Below are positions 1 through 11,854 of a stretch of 33,367 bases of DNA, piece by piece. Position numbers and translations under genes: made by a program. The DNA is taken from NCBI RefSeq assembly GCF_001194135.2, contig NC_068981.1, positions 50,902,410-50,935,776 on the forward strand. The letters are read 5' to 3'. The DNA comes from Octopus bimaculoides (taxonomy: Eukaryota). How positions within the stretch are numbered: the first letter of the stretch is position 1; each line of letters opens with the position of its first letter. The notes beneath the pieces were generated by a model. It was given only the letters and a program-made list of their open reading frames with translations, had not been told where the DNA came from and did no database searches.

Positions 1-7
1 ATATATA

Positions 8-80
<73 letters not shown>

Positions 81-90
81 TAATAATAAT
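1..90. repeat. (ATT)n microsatellite
   Basis: Near-perfect ATT run from the window start. Confidence 0.95.
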
Positions 91-630
91 TTGATTCGGC
101 TCCATGTAACGTAAAATTTTCTCAGCACCTACGTGGAACTTAGCTTTTCAAGATTAGGTAGCCGAATGGATGAATTGCAAGACTGCTGGAAACTAGTCTG
201 CTACTGGTCAAGGTGGGTTACGTAGTGTAGTTGATATTAGTGTTGACACAGTAGTAACATCGGATAGAAAATTTAACCTGCATTTCTAGGACCAGACAGA
301 TAGTCAAGATGTTTCTAGGGCCTTGGTGTCAAGGATGTAGAGAGAGAATTGCTAGTAATACCATTTGGCTGAATGCGTGGGTGTGGGTGTACCTACTACA
401 AGAGTGGGAAAGTGTGCGTATTTAGTGCATCTGCATGTTTGTGTCTTCTGTGAGTGTGCTGTGTGCGAGCGTGTAATACGTCTCTGTGTATATCAACTGT
501 ATGCCGGTGCGTATCTACGCTACGCATATACGTGTACGGCAGAATCTCTTGGTTTATGTAAGTGTGTATAAATATTTATATATATATAAATATATATATA
601 TATTTATATATATATATATAAATATATATC

Positions 631-1094
631 TTTACTCTTTTACTTGTTTCAGTCATTTGACTGCGGCCATGCTGGTGCACCGCCTTTTAGTCGAGCAAAT
701 CGACNNNNNNNNNNGCGGCCATGCTGGTGCACCGCCTTTTAGTCGAGCAAATCGACCCCAGGACTTATTCTTTGTAAGCCTAGTACTTATTCTATCGGTC
801 TCTTTTTGCCGAACCGCTATGTTACGGGGACGTAAACACACCCGCCTTGGTTGTCAAGCGATGCTGGGGGGGGACAAACACAGACACACAAACATATACA
901 CACACATACATATATATGTATACATATATACGATGGGCTTCTTTCAGTTTCCGTCTATCAAATCCACTCACAAGGCTTCGGTCGGCCCGAGGCTATAGTA
1001 GACGACACTTGCCCAAGGTGACACGCAGTGAGACTGAACCCAGAACCATGTGGTTGGTAAGCAAGTTACTTACCACACAGCCACTCCTGCGCCT
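631..1094 (-). mobile_element. Full-length tRNA-derived SINE (family A)
   Basis: The minus strand begins AGGCGCAGGAGTGGCTGTGTGGTAAG...GGTTCAGTCTC, an A/B-box-like tRNA head. It continues with CCTTGGGCAAGTG, a central (TG/TA)n tract and a tail ending GACTGAAACAAGTAAAAGAGTAAA. The same tail recurs at 4824-4984 and 16161-16340. Confidence 0.9.
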
Positions 1095-1102
1095 ATTATA
1101 TT

Positions 1103-1104
<2 letters not shown>

Positions 1105-1183
<79 letters not shown>

Positions 1184-1198
1184 GAGAGAGAGAGAGAG
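1105..1198. repeat. (AT)n(AG)n compound microsatellite
   Basis: Directly visible. Confidence 0.95.
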
Positions 1199-1572
1199 CT
1201 ATAACATTGTTGGCATTATCAGAAGATGTGCCCACTGTTATATAATACATGTCCATTTTGAAAAGCTGGAACAGTATGTTCTCAATTTCGACAAATTTTG
1301 CTAGCAAAATCATAGCCAACCTTCAAACAACGTAACAGCACGATCGGACAATGTAAGATTGCCTCTCTATTTGTTTAGAAAATAGGGCGGATGATGTGTT
1401 TTAAACATTGGTTTCGTTAATCTACATATAATCATCCAATATGCTGCACACCACCGCATTGTTGATACCTATGTACAATGGCCCAATATGCGTTAATAAT
1501 CAGGTTCTTACGCCTTTTTTACATAGTAAGAAAAGTAGACCGAAAACTTCTCAACTATTGCTGTAGGACACA

Positions 1573-1852
1573 AACGAAATGGCATCAAAAAGGTACCGAA
1601 TTAGTTTTGTAGCGAGCCAACAGATGTCAGCACGCGGTTGCGTACGCAGTGAGAGCTAGCACTGAATTTCATAACACCGTTCTCGACATCCACTTACGGA
1701 AAACGACTTCCCAAACTGGCAATAACGCTAGGACAGGTTTATTGCTGCGCAAGATAAATATTTCGAAGAAGATGACGTTAAAACTTAGGTAAATAAGTTT
1801 TTTTTTTATTAAACACGACTAGTCTGAGAACCTTTTGATACCACCGCAATAA
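1573..1852 (+). mobile_element. Non-autonomous mariner derivative (MITE) retaining the transposase C-terminus
   Basis: Degenerate TIRs: TGGCATCAAAAAGGTACCGAATTAGT on the left and ACTAGTCTGAGAACCTTTTGATACCA on the right. 1705-1788 translates DFPNWQ*R*DRFIAAQDKYFEEDDVKT*, matching the mariner C-terminal W..RW..CI...G.YFE motif. Confidence 0.75.
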
Positions 1853-2193
1853 GTGGGGACTTAACCGAGCCAACAAACAGATTTTACCTCCGTGGAAAGC
1901 TCCAAGTAATATTTGCTCCTCTCTTTGTGTTTGTCGATTCTTAATTGTATATCAGCATTAGATAAGTAAATATACGACACATGTTCTTTTGACTGACCAT
2001 CAATTTCTACTTTCATATAGAATACAATACTCGAATTGGTTTCAGAAACATTTAGCTACTATTTTTATCAGTTCGGACAAGAACATAACTTCTGTATTAG
2101 CTTGTTCACTATGATGTGCATAAAGTGGGGGTTGCTTTGTATTATCCTTTGCGAAACTGTAAAAGTTAATGCCTGCTGTCCCCTCTTTTGGGA

Positions 2194-2513
2194 GTACTCC
2201 GCAGGTTACGACGATGAGGGTCCTAGCTGATAAGATCAACCGAACAGCCTTCTCCTGAAATTAACGTGCAGGTGACTGAGCAATCCACAGACACATGTAC
2301 CCCCCTAGCGTAGTTCTCAGGGAGATTCAGCATGACACGGAGTGTGACAAGGCTGGCCCTTTGAAATACAGGTATTACTCATTTTTGCCAGCGGAGTAGA
2401 CTGGAGCAACGTGAAATAAAGTGTCTTGCTCAAGGACACAACACGTCGCCGGGAATTGAACTCACGACCTTACGATCGCGAGCCGAATGCCCTAACCACT
2501 AAGCCACGCGCCT
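2194..2513 (-). mobile_element. tRNA-derived SINE (family B)
   Basis: The minus strand reads GGCGCGTGGCTTAGTGGTTAGGG...GAGTTCAATTCCCGG (A and B boxes), then GTGTCCTTGAGCAAGACACTT. It is colinear over about 315 bp with 13584-13900. Confidence 0.9.
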
Positions 2514-3890
2514 CCACTAATGTCTGTTGAAATATACGGTATCACATCTATATATACGTGTTTTGGTTGATCATACGTGTGATTATCTGTCTTAATGTAT
2601 CTGTAAGAAAATAGTACATAACACTAAATGTACTAATAAAAAGAATATCTAGAATATATCGTAGCGTATATGTTACTGATTAGGGGCTGTATGGATTAAA
2701 ATGAAATAAAAAATATAAAGAAGTATTATATGTAACAGTAATAATATATATTTGGGGTCTAATGCATTCGCTGCCATGAGATTCCAACAAACAGTCGCAA
2801 GAAATGTTCTTGACAAGTAGTACTTAAAATACAGAATACTATATTCCTGTAAGTGCACTTCAAATAATCATTGAAATAAAACAAGATTTCAAAAGTCAAA
2901 TTTAATAATCATTGAAATACGGACTTTCTCTAAGAGAAGCATATTTTACTTAAAAGAAGAACGGCCTCCTCAATTTTTTCTGACATTCATATATTCAATT
3001 ATATATTCACAAAACGCGAGGCATAAAGGTTTTCAAAATGAGAAAGCAAGGTCTTTGTCAATATACAAAGTGTAAGTTAATTACATGAAGTAGCAAAACA
3101 CTCATGCACCTTCAAATGTAATGTAAAGTATGAACGATGATCTGTAAGAGACATGAATGAGAGGTTGAGTCCGCAAGGAATAGAATTTTGTGAATATCTT
3201 TTATAATTGCATCAGATGTGTAAAGGAAATGAATTGGCACTGGCCAGCAAGTGAAGCCAACTCATTTTCATTGAACACCAGAAATGGAGTTAAACGGAAT
3301 AATATGAATAAATATGAGTCTGTGCAAATTTGAAATGATATACTAATTGCGATTGACATGTTGCGTTAGGAAGCTTTCAAAACTTTGGGGAAAAGTTTTG
3401 ATTTCCTTTTAAAAGAGATATAATACTGTATACACTTAAGTCAATTACATAAAATTAACAAGATAATCAAGTAGAAATAGGCTTGCGTGTTTCAATGTCT
3501 TTGCATTTTAAGAAATAAATTCATAGAGTGAATTTCTTAAAATGTCTCCAAAGCTAATTAAATTAAGTTATCTTCAGAAATATACTAGACTACATTTAAA
3601 GAATCGATACACAATTTGCAGGTTGGCTTCTTTATAAATTAAGTACCATACAATAAGTCTAATATATTATTTGGAAATGATTTTCAAATCTTAGTAGGTT
3701 TCATCTATTCTCTATTTAGGTGGGATTAAAATTTAAATTAATGAATTGATCTTAGTGTATTGAATTTCAAAAGCGTTATATGTCTTTGTTCAGAGGAGTA
3801 AAACTGCTGATAATTCTAAATAAACATGCATTTTTACTTCTATAATGAAGATCATATTTTTAAACGTAGGTTATTTGTATGCTCCTACAC

Positions 3891-4141
3891 GTATATATAT
3901 ATNNNNNNNNNNNNNNNNNNNNNNNNNNNNNNNNNNNNNNNNNNNNNNNNNNNNNNNNNNNNNNNNNNNNNNNNNNNNNNNNNNNNNNNNNNNNNNNNNN
4001 NNNNNNNNNNNNNNNNNNNNNNNNNNNNNNNNNNNNNNNNNNNNNNNNNNNNNNNNNNNNNNNNNNNNNNNNNNNNNNNNNNNNNNTGTATGTATGTATG
4101 TATGTATGTATATAAATAGATAGCTAGATATGTATGTATGT

Positions 4142-4197
<56 letters not shown>

Positions 4198-4257
4198 ATG
4201 TGTGTGTGTGTGTGTATGTATGTATATAAATAGATAGCTAGATTGAGAGAGAGAGAG
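3891..4257. repeat. Compound (TA)/(TATG)/(TG)/(AG) microsatellite spanning an N gap (3903-4086)
   Basis: Directly visible. Confidence 0.9.
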
Positions 4258-4259
4258 AC

Positions 4260-4820
4260 CCATATCCGTGTGGGTTAAAGTCGTGACATAGTAGACATCC
4301 CAAGAAAAAGACGCGAACATATCAACATTCAATAACAGAATGGTAGTCGAGGTGGTTATTAATTGGTAAAAGTAAAGAAAGGAAAATAAATAGAAAGAGA
4401 TGTAGATAGAGTGAGGCTTTGGGGTATTTTAAGGATTGGCTATAGAATAAAGTAAGGTGCATATGTGTATGGTGTCAAAGAATAGTGTAAGGGGTAGCCG
4501 AGAAGATAAGAGAGAGGAAGAGATAAAGGAAGATAGGGTTAAAAAACAGAGCGAAATGAAAGGAATTTAAAGAATGTAGTAGACGTCTAGTTGTCTCAAA
4601 TCTAAAGTTGTTGGGGGGGGGGGGATTTTGATAATAGTTACTTGTGTCCGTCCTGCCTAAGGTCAGTGACTGAAGAGTTATTTTTAGCAATGGGGTTATA
4701 GGTGTGTAGGTAGGCTAGAAATGAAGAGCTAGTTGAATGTTAAATTATTTATGAGTGGGAGTTAAAGTTAGGGGGTTTATAGTAGGTGGTTCATTGGATA
4801 AAGGTTTAAAAATAGATTAA
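4260..4820 (-). mobile_element. Possible highly degraded Penelope-like RT remnant
   Basis: Minus-strand peptides RLLHSLNSFHFAL and DVYYVTTLTHTD loosely resemble the PLE RT C-terminal motifs (LNSFHP..KFT; VY.KPTHTD). The region is heavily frameshifted. Confidence 0.3.
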
Positions 4821-4823
4821 GGA

Positions 4824-4984
4824 TACTCTCTCTTTTTACTTGTTTCAGTCATTTGACTGCGGACATACTGGAGCACCGCCTTTAGACGAGCAAATCGACC
4901 TAGAACTTATTTTTTGTAAGCTTGGTACTTATTCTATCGGTTACATTGCCGAACCGCTAAGTTACGGGGACGTAAACACACCAG
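4824..4984 (-). mobile_element. 5'-truncated SINE family A (3' tail only)
   Basis: Matches 631-845: TTTTACTTGTTTCAGTCATTTGACTGCGG...GACGTAAACACACC. Confidence 0.9.
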
Positions 4985-5227
4985 ATATCATTTGGATAAT
5001 AATTATTTTCACAAGGTGCAAATAATGTATCGCTCAAGGCGGCGTTGCAGAGAATGGAGTTTCCGCTGTTTCAGTCGAGCCTAATAATCAAGTCCCCTCA
5101 TGTCATTCATTTTTTAAGTGATTGATCTTTATGGCGCTTCCGTCCTCATTATGTATTGCTTTTTGTAGGGGGACCACAATGGGCAAACAGTATTTGAAGT
5201 GGGGCCTCACGAATGTTGAGAAGAGGA
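4985..5227 (-). mobile_element. CR1-group LINE ORF2 remnant, distal part (continues 6063-6976)
   Basis: The minus strand translates ILFSTFVRPHFKYC and EGLDY*ARLKQRKLHSLQRRLERYIICTL*KII, typical post-RT motifs of CR1/L2-group LINEs (FVRPHLEY; Y..RL..L.L.SL.RRR.R). Confidence 0.8.
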
Positions 5228-6062
5228 TTAATATAAAGTTCTTCACCCGTTAATAAAGACCGAAAATTTAAAAAATGGCCTGCTGGGTGTTAACAACTGT
5301 GTAGAAAACGAATATGACAAAAACATTGCGCAAACGAACCTGGGGTGGAGAGACGACTTTCGGAAAGGCGCTGCCGTGATCCTTTTACTATTTCACTATA
5401 ACGCATACAGAAACAGATATAACAACCGTTCTTTTCACTTTTAGACAACAAGATGGTGGAGAGGGGTGAATTTTGGGTCGAAGTTTTTCATAAAATTTTG
5501 AAATAAAAAATTTGAATTTGTGTTTATTTTTTCCATATTCTTAATTTCCGTATTTTCCCATTTAGAATAATTTTTTCAAAAGTCGAAAAAGCTTTAAAAA
5601 ATCACTTCAATTTCACGTGAATTACGTTGTAATATTACTGCGGGAAATTACTCTCAAAGTAATCTTTGTGGAAAGGTGAGTAGATTTATTACATGTTTCA
5701 TTCGTTATGTTATCGCAGTTTTGTGAGATTTAGTTGTTATTTCTAGCATGTGGATAGCCTGCTTGAAGACCAAGCCCGGAGAACTAAGATTTTGAAAATG
5801 TTTTTTTTGAACATTTTTTTTTTTCAGAATCGGATCCTCTATAGCTAAAAACGCGGGATTCCGTGAAAAAAAATCAATATATATCCATTTTTCCGAAAGT
5901 TATGACGGAAAAATCGGATCTCGTGAATTTTCCAAAACTCATCTCCCCACCCCCAGGTTCATTTGCAGAATTTTTTGTGTGTTATTTGTTTTCTACACAG
6001 TTATTAACACACAGCAGGCTGTTTTTTTTGTTTTTGTTAATGGGCGAAGAGATTTATATTAA
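5228..6062. mobile_element. Non-autonomous DNA transposon with ~135-bp TIRs and TTAA at both ends
   Basis: 5228-5365 is an imperfect inverted copy of 5928-6062, e.g. GCCTGCTGGGTGTTAACAACTGTGTAGAAAAC versus GTTTTCTACACAGTTATTAACACACAGCAGGC. TTAA sits at 5228-5231 and 6059-6062. The element interrupts a LINE. Confidence 0.85.
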
Positions 6063-6976
6063 CCGAGAAATGAAGGATGATGGTTTCATGTTTCCTAGAC
6101 TGAAAAGTTCTGAGGGTCCGTGTGCGCATTCAGCAAGCAACATGGACTTTTTTGTTGATGTGCACACTAAGTTTCTGATATTATCCGACGGTTCAAGTAG
6201 GTTCCCCAACGGTAGTGCATATGCTTGTTTGAGTGTGCCCTCTTTTCCAAACTGGATGAGCTCAAATTTTTCTTCGTTCAAATGCATATTGCTATTTTGT
6301 GCCCACTGGATTACGGCGCATAAGTTCGATTGAAGCCTCGTTGGAGCATATTCTCCCTTAATGACTTTCTGAAGCTTAGAGTCAGCTGCAAATATTTTAA
6401 TGATGTTATATTCAATGGAATCTGCAATATCATTGATATAGACAATAAAAAGAAGTGGATCCAGCACAGTACCCTTCAGGACCCCGATGCTGACATTCGC
6501 TGGCCTTGAGTGGATGCCATCAACATGCTGGGTCCTGTTTGTTAGGAAATACTTAATCCATTGAAATAGCTTTCCACCGACACCGGCTTTGGAGAGCTTC
6601 CTTAATGGTCTATTGTAGTCGACACTCTCAAAGGCCTTGGTGAAATCAGGGTATATAACATCGGCATTGGAGCTCTCAGTGCATCTAACATGTCATCAAA
6701 GTGGTGGAGGAGCTGTGTTAAGCAGTCCTTTCCACCACAAAAACCGTGCTGGTTACAATTTAGAAGATGATTTTGCTCAAGGAAGGCTGTTACTCTTGAT
6801 CTCAGCATTCTTTCAAATATTTTGACATGTGAGGTGAATGCGTTTGGACGTTAGTTTTCCGTGAGCGATTTATTCCCTTTTTGAAAGAGAGGGATGACTG
6901 ACTGGGAGAGACGATTTTGAAAGATAAAACCGACGTCCAGTGATTTCCTCCAGAGATTTGCAAGAGAGGCTCCAAG
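6063..6976 (-). mobile_element. CR1-group LINE reverse transcriptase remnant
   Basis: Minus-strand peptides LWRKSLDVG...EN*RPNAFTSH, NQHGFCGGKDCLTQLL, YLDFTKAFE, GTVLDPLLFIVYINDI, IFAADSKL (decayed YADD) and RTFQSRK. Stops and frameshifts are present. Confidence 0.92.
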
Positions 6977-7002
6977 TTGCTGTCTACATTTCTTTAGCAT
7001 TC

Positions 7003-7641
7003 TATATATATATATATATATATATAGTTTTAGGGAAAATAACCAATTTTGAAGAACTCATCGATGAAAATCCACTATATNNNNNNNNNNNNNNNNNNNN
7101 NNNNNNNNNNNNNNNNNNNNNNNNNNNNNNNNNNNNNNNNNNNNNNNNNNNNNNNNNNNNNNNNNNNNNNNNNNNNNNNNNNNNNNNNNNNNNNNNNNNN
7201 NNNNNNNNNNNNNNNNNNNNNNNNNNNNNNNNNNNNNNNNNNNNNNNNNNNNNNNNNNNNNNNNNNNNNNNNNNNNNNNNNNNNNNNNNNNNNNNNNNNN
7301 NNNNNNNNNNNNNNNNNNNNNNNNNNNNNNNNNNNNNNNNNNNNNNNNNNNNNNNNNNNNNNNNNNNNNNNNNNNNNNNNNNNNNNNNNNNNNNNNNNNN
7401 NNNNNNNNNNNNNNNNNNNNNNNNNNNNNNNNNNNNNNNNNNNNNNNNNNNNNNNNNNNNNNNNNNNNNNNNNNNNNNNNNNNNNNNNNNNNNNNNNNNN
7501 NNNNNNNNNNNNNNNNNNNNNNNNNNNNNNNNNNNNNNNNNNNNNNNNNNNNNNNNNNNNNNNNNNNNNNNNNNNNNNNNNNNNNNNNNNNNNNNNNNNN
7601 NNNNNNNNNNNNNNNNNNNNNNNNNNNNNNNNNNNNNNNNN

Positions 7642-7679
<38 letters not shown>
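7003..7679. repeat. (TA)n tracts around an N gap (7081-7641)
   Basis: Directly visible. Confidence 0.85.
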
Positions 7680-9225
7680 ATTTTCTTCCGTTGCTTCTTC
7701 TCATCTTTCTGATTCTATTCAGTCCAGATATTTTATATGGGGTCAATTTTTACTTCCGATTTCTACTTCTCAATATAATCAAGTTACTTCTTAGTAATAT
7801 TCTTTGCGTCACCTTCCATATTTACATCTTCTGCTTCCTATGATTAAACAGAAGGTCACAACCATGCACACACGAAAACAGACACACATAAGCATATATT
7901 GCTTTGCATAGGATAATATTTTTAAATTATATCTTTTTTATCATACATTTTTTTTTCTTTTTCCTTGTAACCTTCAATTCTCCACTCCTCATATTTCAGT
8001 ATAAGCATTTTTCACCCAAAACATCTAAATTATTTATCAATCCAACAGAACTTCTATGTTTGTTTGTTTTTTTTTTTCTGGCAAAGGGTTTCGACTAAAA
8101 ATATCTATCAACCTCTCTTCAGTAATGTGCAAATTCTTAATGCTAAAATTATTCATCTAATTGAACTGGCATTATTCATCATAAAGTCATACATGTCTAA
8201 ATATACGTATACATGTAAACAATTACACACAAACGTATGTATATGTGTTTATAATATATGTGTAAGAAACACATCTGTCTCTACGCTTCGAATGTGTTTG
8301 TGTGTGATGTCTCTGTACTTGTACTTGCATGTTTGTGTGTATTTTTGCATCGTAAACAGAAATTCTTTATATCTCGTAAGTACAACATTCTATAAAATGT
8401 TATTGTGCATTTATATTGTCGACAAGACGTTATCTTCATTGTGTTTTGCTAAGGAAAGTGAATTTAAAATCAAATATTAATCTCTTGTGGGTTGAAGTGA
8501 CTAAATTCAAAAGAGAGTCAACATCGCTAAATTAACTCCTCAGACAGTTGGTACCAAACTAGAGTATTCTACACTAACATAGTTGCCCTACATTCCTAAT
8601 AAATACATTTAGAAATACATTTTATTGAAGGGAAGTGAAACTTACTGAAATTTGATTTATTCCTTATTACTCTCACGTTGTTTCTCTCGCGGAAAATTAA
8701 GGCTAGTAGAATTCACGCAAGTGTTCATAACCTTTTTACTCGTTTGTGATTAGAATTTTAAAATAAAATATGAAAAGAAGGTCATGTTAAAAAAGCCCTT
8801 TTAAATCTTCATGCTATAATTTTATTTATACCGAACTGAATGCTATATGTAACATAGATTCGAAAAGCGTTAATTATAGCTTTGGGTTAACACTGAATAA
8901 GTTAAATAGATATTTTTTTACTCGGAATTTATAATGCAATAGAAAAACATACAACCGAAGAAATAGGAAAGATGAAAAACTGCAAAAAAAAATGTATACA
9001 GTATGTATAAATAAAATAAAAGAAACTTAAATACATAGAAATTACGAAAACAAAAATCAACAAAAATTTCTATTTTGATGAAAGTATCTATCGTGAATAC
9101 ATTACTGCCGGCAGTGTGTCTTTCAAAAACAGCCGCTACAAACAATGAGATAAACATCTAGAAGAAAATTGCCAATAATAGCAGCCACAACATCAATAAT
9201 ACAACAGAAGTGGTGATAAGTTTAA

Positions 9226-9265
9226 GAATAATAATAATAATAATAATTACTAATACTACTACTAC

Positions 9266-9344
<79 letters not shown>

Positions 9345-9354
9345 GTTGTTGTTG

Positions 9355-9399
<45 letters not shown>
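9226..9399. repeat. Compound trinucleotide tract (AAT)n-(ACT)n-(ATT)n-(GTT)n-(ATT)n
   Basis: Directly visible. Confidence 0.95.
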
Positions 9400-11069
9400 T
9401 TAAGCAAAGTAATATTCTTCAAGACTAATAAAATAGTGAAAGAAAAAAAGAAAAGAAACAACAAAGGGAAGTGAGGAAGACAGATTTCGGGGTGGAATCG
9501 GGAAAATTATAAAGAATATTGGTCTTCGATAAGAAACGAATTAACAAAACGAAATAATTTAAATCGCTTATCAAACAATTTGCCTCGAGTGAAAAGGTGA
9601 CCCGGAAATAAATTTAGGTATCAATTGTGTTTTCCACCTCTTGGAAAAATTTCAATTTTTCAGTTATTTGCTATTATGTTCATTTTATTATTTGATAGTT
9701 TTTTGTTTTCTTATATCTTTCATTTTTTATAGATTTTTGCTTTAATGTTTCTCTGAGCAATTCCCTTCAAGTTAAGTAATACAATCGATGAAAACAAGGA
9801 GCAAAGAAATGGAAAATATTGCTATTTTTTTCTTTGACCTTCACAGTATTGTTCGGTGCTGGTTATTTTTACAAGAGTATCATGTGTTATTTTGTTGTTA
9901 ATTTTCTTACTACTAAAGTAGTTTATCGAATACTTTTTTTTACATATCCTTGTATTTAACCTAAGGTTAAATATTTCAAACGAAACAATCTTAAGCGAAT
10001 GTTATTCATACAACACTGTCTTAGGAAGGAAACGGTGTCCGATTATTGTCCACAAAAACTGATACCTAGGTTAATGCTCTTACATGTAGCCACCAGTCAT
10101 ATATCTAGTCTAAGCGTTTATAATAGATCTACAGTATAAGAAAATGAAGTTGCTTAGCAGCTAGGGACGATTTCAAATCCTTGCCACCTATTGATTTGAG
10201 AAAGACATTTGTGTGTTAAAGTTTCACTGAACATCAACACAAAGCGGTGTCTTACTGATTAGTGAATTTTGGCAACTGTTGTAAATTTAGAAACAAATGT
10301 TAATTGAGGTGTTTAGGGTTTAGCTTTACTTTATTGATGAATAAATTTATGTACATTAAACGAGCCCCAGCACGAAATATATTTGCTACAATGTTTCAAG
10401 ATATCATGATAAAAATATGGAACTGAGTAAAACATTCAGAATATATCTAATGAAATATAAGATTATAAAAGCCTCAATAGAAAAGGCAGAAACAATAAGC
10501 TGAGAGCAGAAGACGAAATGCAAACTTTTTTCAATAGAGTGTGACAACTCAAATCTAAGTCTGTGAAAATAGTTGCATGATGACGAACGAAATATTTGAT
10601 ATATTTAAGTAATAGACATCACTGAATCGAACTTCACGATAATCTAACACATGTCTGCAGAAGTTCCACACTAAATATTCATACCACGCGTTTTAAATGT
10701 CATTATGAACACTCTTTTTTTTATCGTTCACTCTTTCCCATGCTTCTTTTCTTATTATCTTAAAATAATCTATACAAATGAACTTCTAAAAAGTCAGTAT
10801 AAAGTACATACAATATTATACTTACTAGCAGTCTCCACACTAGCAGAAACGTGTAAATTTTTGGTTTACATTATAATATATTATGCATTATCTTGTCCTC
10901 AATCAACTTCCAGCAATTTTTTAAATTATTCTTATTCAACTTAACGACACGACTTTCAAGTAGATTTTCAGTGTTATTTCGCAATCTTCATTCTCTTCAT
11001 TATCCCCATTCTTTTATGCCTTATTACAATTATATTTTTCGTATATGTGTATGGGTGTATGTGTGTGTG

Positions 11070-11854
11070 TAAAATCAAAATAAGCAACAGGATATCAAGT
11101 CGTAATGCAGGGCGACCGTTTCAAGCGGCTCCATTTAATTGAACAATGCAGTCATTACATCAATCTAAATGCAGTGTTATCGTCAACTGTACAAAATATA
11201 GAATGCTTTTTAACAAGTAGGACATATTAATATAATTTTTCTTAAATATTTTCACAGAGTAAGATAGAAGAAATTCATGTTGTTGCTATTGTAGCAGAGT
11301 GGCTAAGAATAGACTACAATATCTTTGAATCGCATGGTGTATAGTGGGGTCATAAGGTTGTAAGGGTTGTAATTAATTTGACTCTTCCTAATGTCTTATT
11401 TCCATTCTCTTAGGGTAAAAGTGATACCTGTGATAATATCTATGACCATACCTAACCATGAGCTGACAACTCACTCTTGTTCTTTATTCAAAATAGACAG
11501 AGTCTTCTAATTTCAGATTTAATATATGATAAAGAGATGAATAAATTAGAAATGAATTACAACACTTACAACCCTATAACCCAATTATACTCCATGCGAT
11601 TCTAAGAAATTATTGTCTATTCTTAGCCACTCTGCTACACTAGCGACAACATGAATTTCTTCTATCTCCTTACTTTGTCAAAATATTTGACAAAAATTAT
11701 ATTAATGTGTCCTGCTTGTTAAAAAAATATTCTACAGCTGAATATAGCACTGCATTTAAATTGATGTAATGATTACTCTGTTGACTTAAATGGAGCCGAT
11801 TGAAACGATCGCACTGCATTACTACTTGATATCCTGTTGCTTATTTTGATTTTA
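11070..11854. mobile_element. Foldback/MITE with ~310-bp inverted arms
   Basis: 11070-11379 is an inverted copy of about 11550-11854, roughly 85% identical by eye. The outer ends TAAAATCAAAATAAGCAACAGGATATCAAGT match perfectly. TA lies at both ends and the spacer is about 170 bp. Confidence 0.9.

Noticed and set aside
91-360. Sequence next to the first (ATT)n tract, considered as another Dong copy
   Set aside because: No R4/Dong peptide or 3' UTR is recognisable in any frame. It may be another repeat, but I cannot assign it.
663-756. 42-bp direct duplication inside the SINE
   Set aside because: The two identical copies (663-704 and 715-756) flank a 10-N gap, which is the signature of an unmerged contig overlap.
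365-1319. ORFs of 62-170 aa at the window start
   Set aside because: They are translations of SINE and microsatellite sequence (IYIY, ERER, SLSL).
2440-2513. tRNA gene calls for the SINE heads (also 1030-1094 and 13584-13650)
   Set aside because: A and B boxes are present, but the acceptor stem is incomplete and the sequence continues into repeated SINE bodies.
2600-3800. Unique AT-rich stretch as a possible enhancer or exon region
   Set aside because: Nothing in the sequence alone supports a call; comparative data would be needed.
3826-7843. Long ORFs spanning N gaps (also 20488-21518, 22883-23470 and 26802-27897)
   Set aside because: Their length comes from X residues and simple repeats.
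8918-9157. Hydrophobic 79-aa minus-strand ORF resembling ion-channel helices
   Set aside because: F/I/Y/L richness is expected from a T-rich strand. There is no diagnostic motif or clear splice context.
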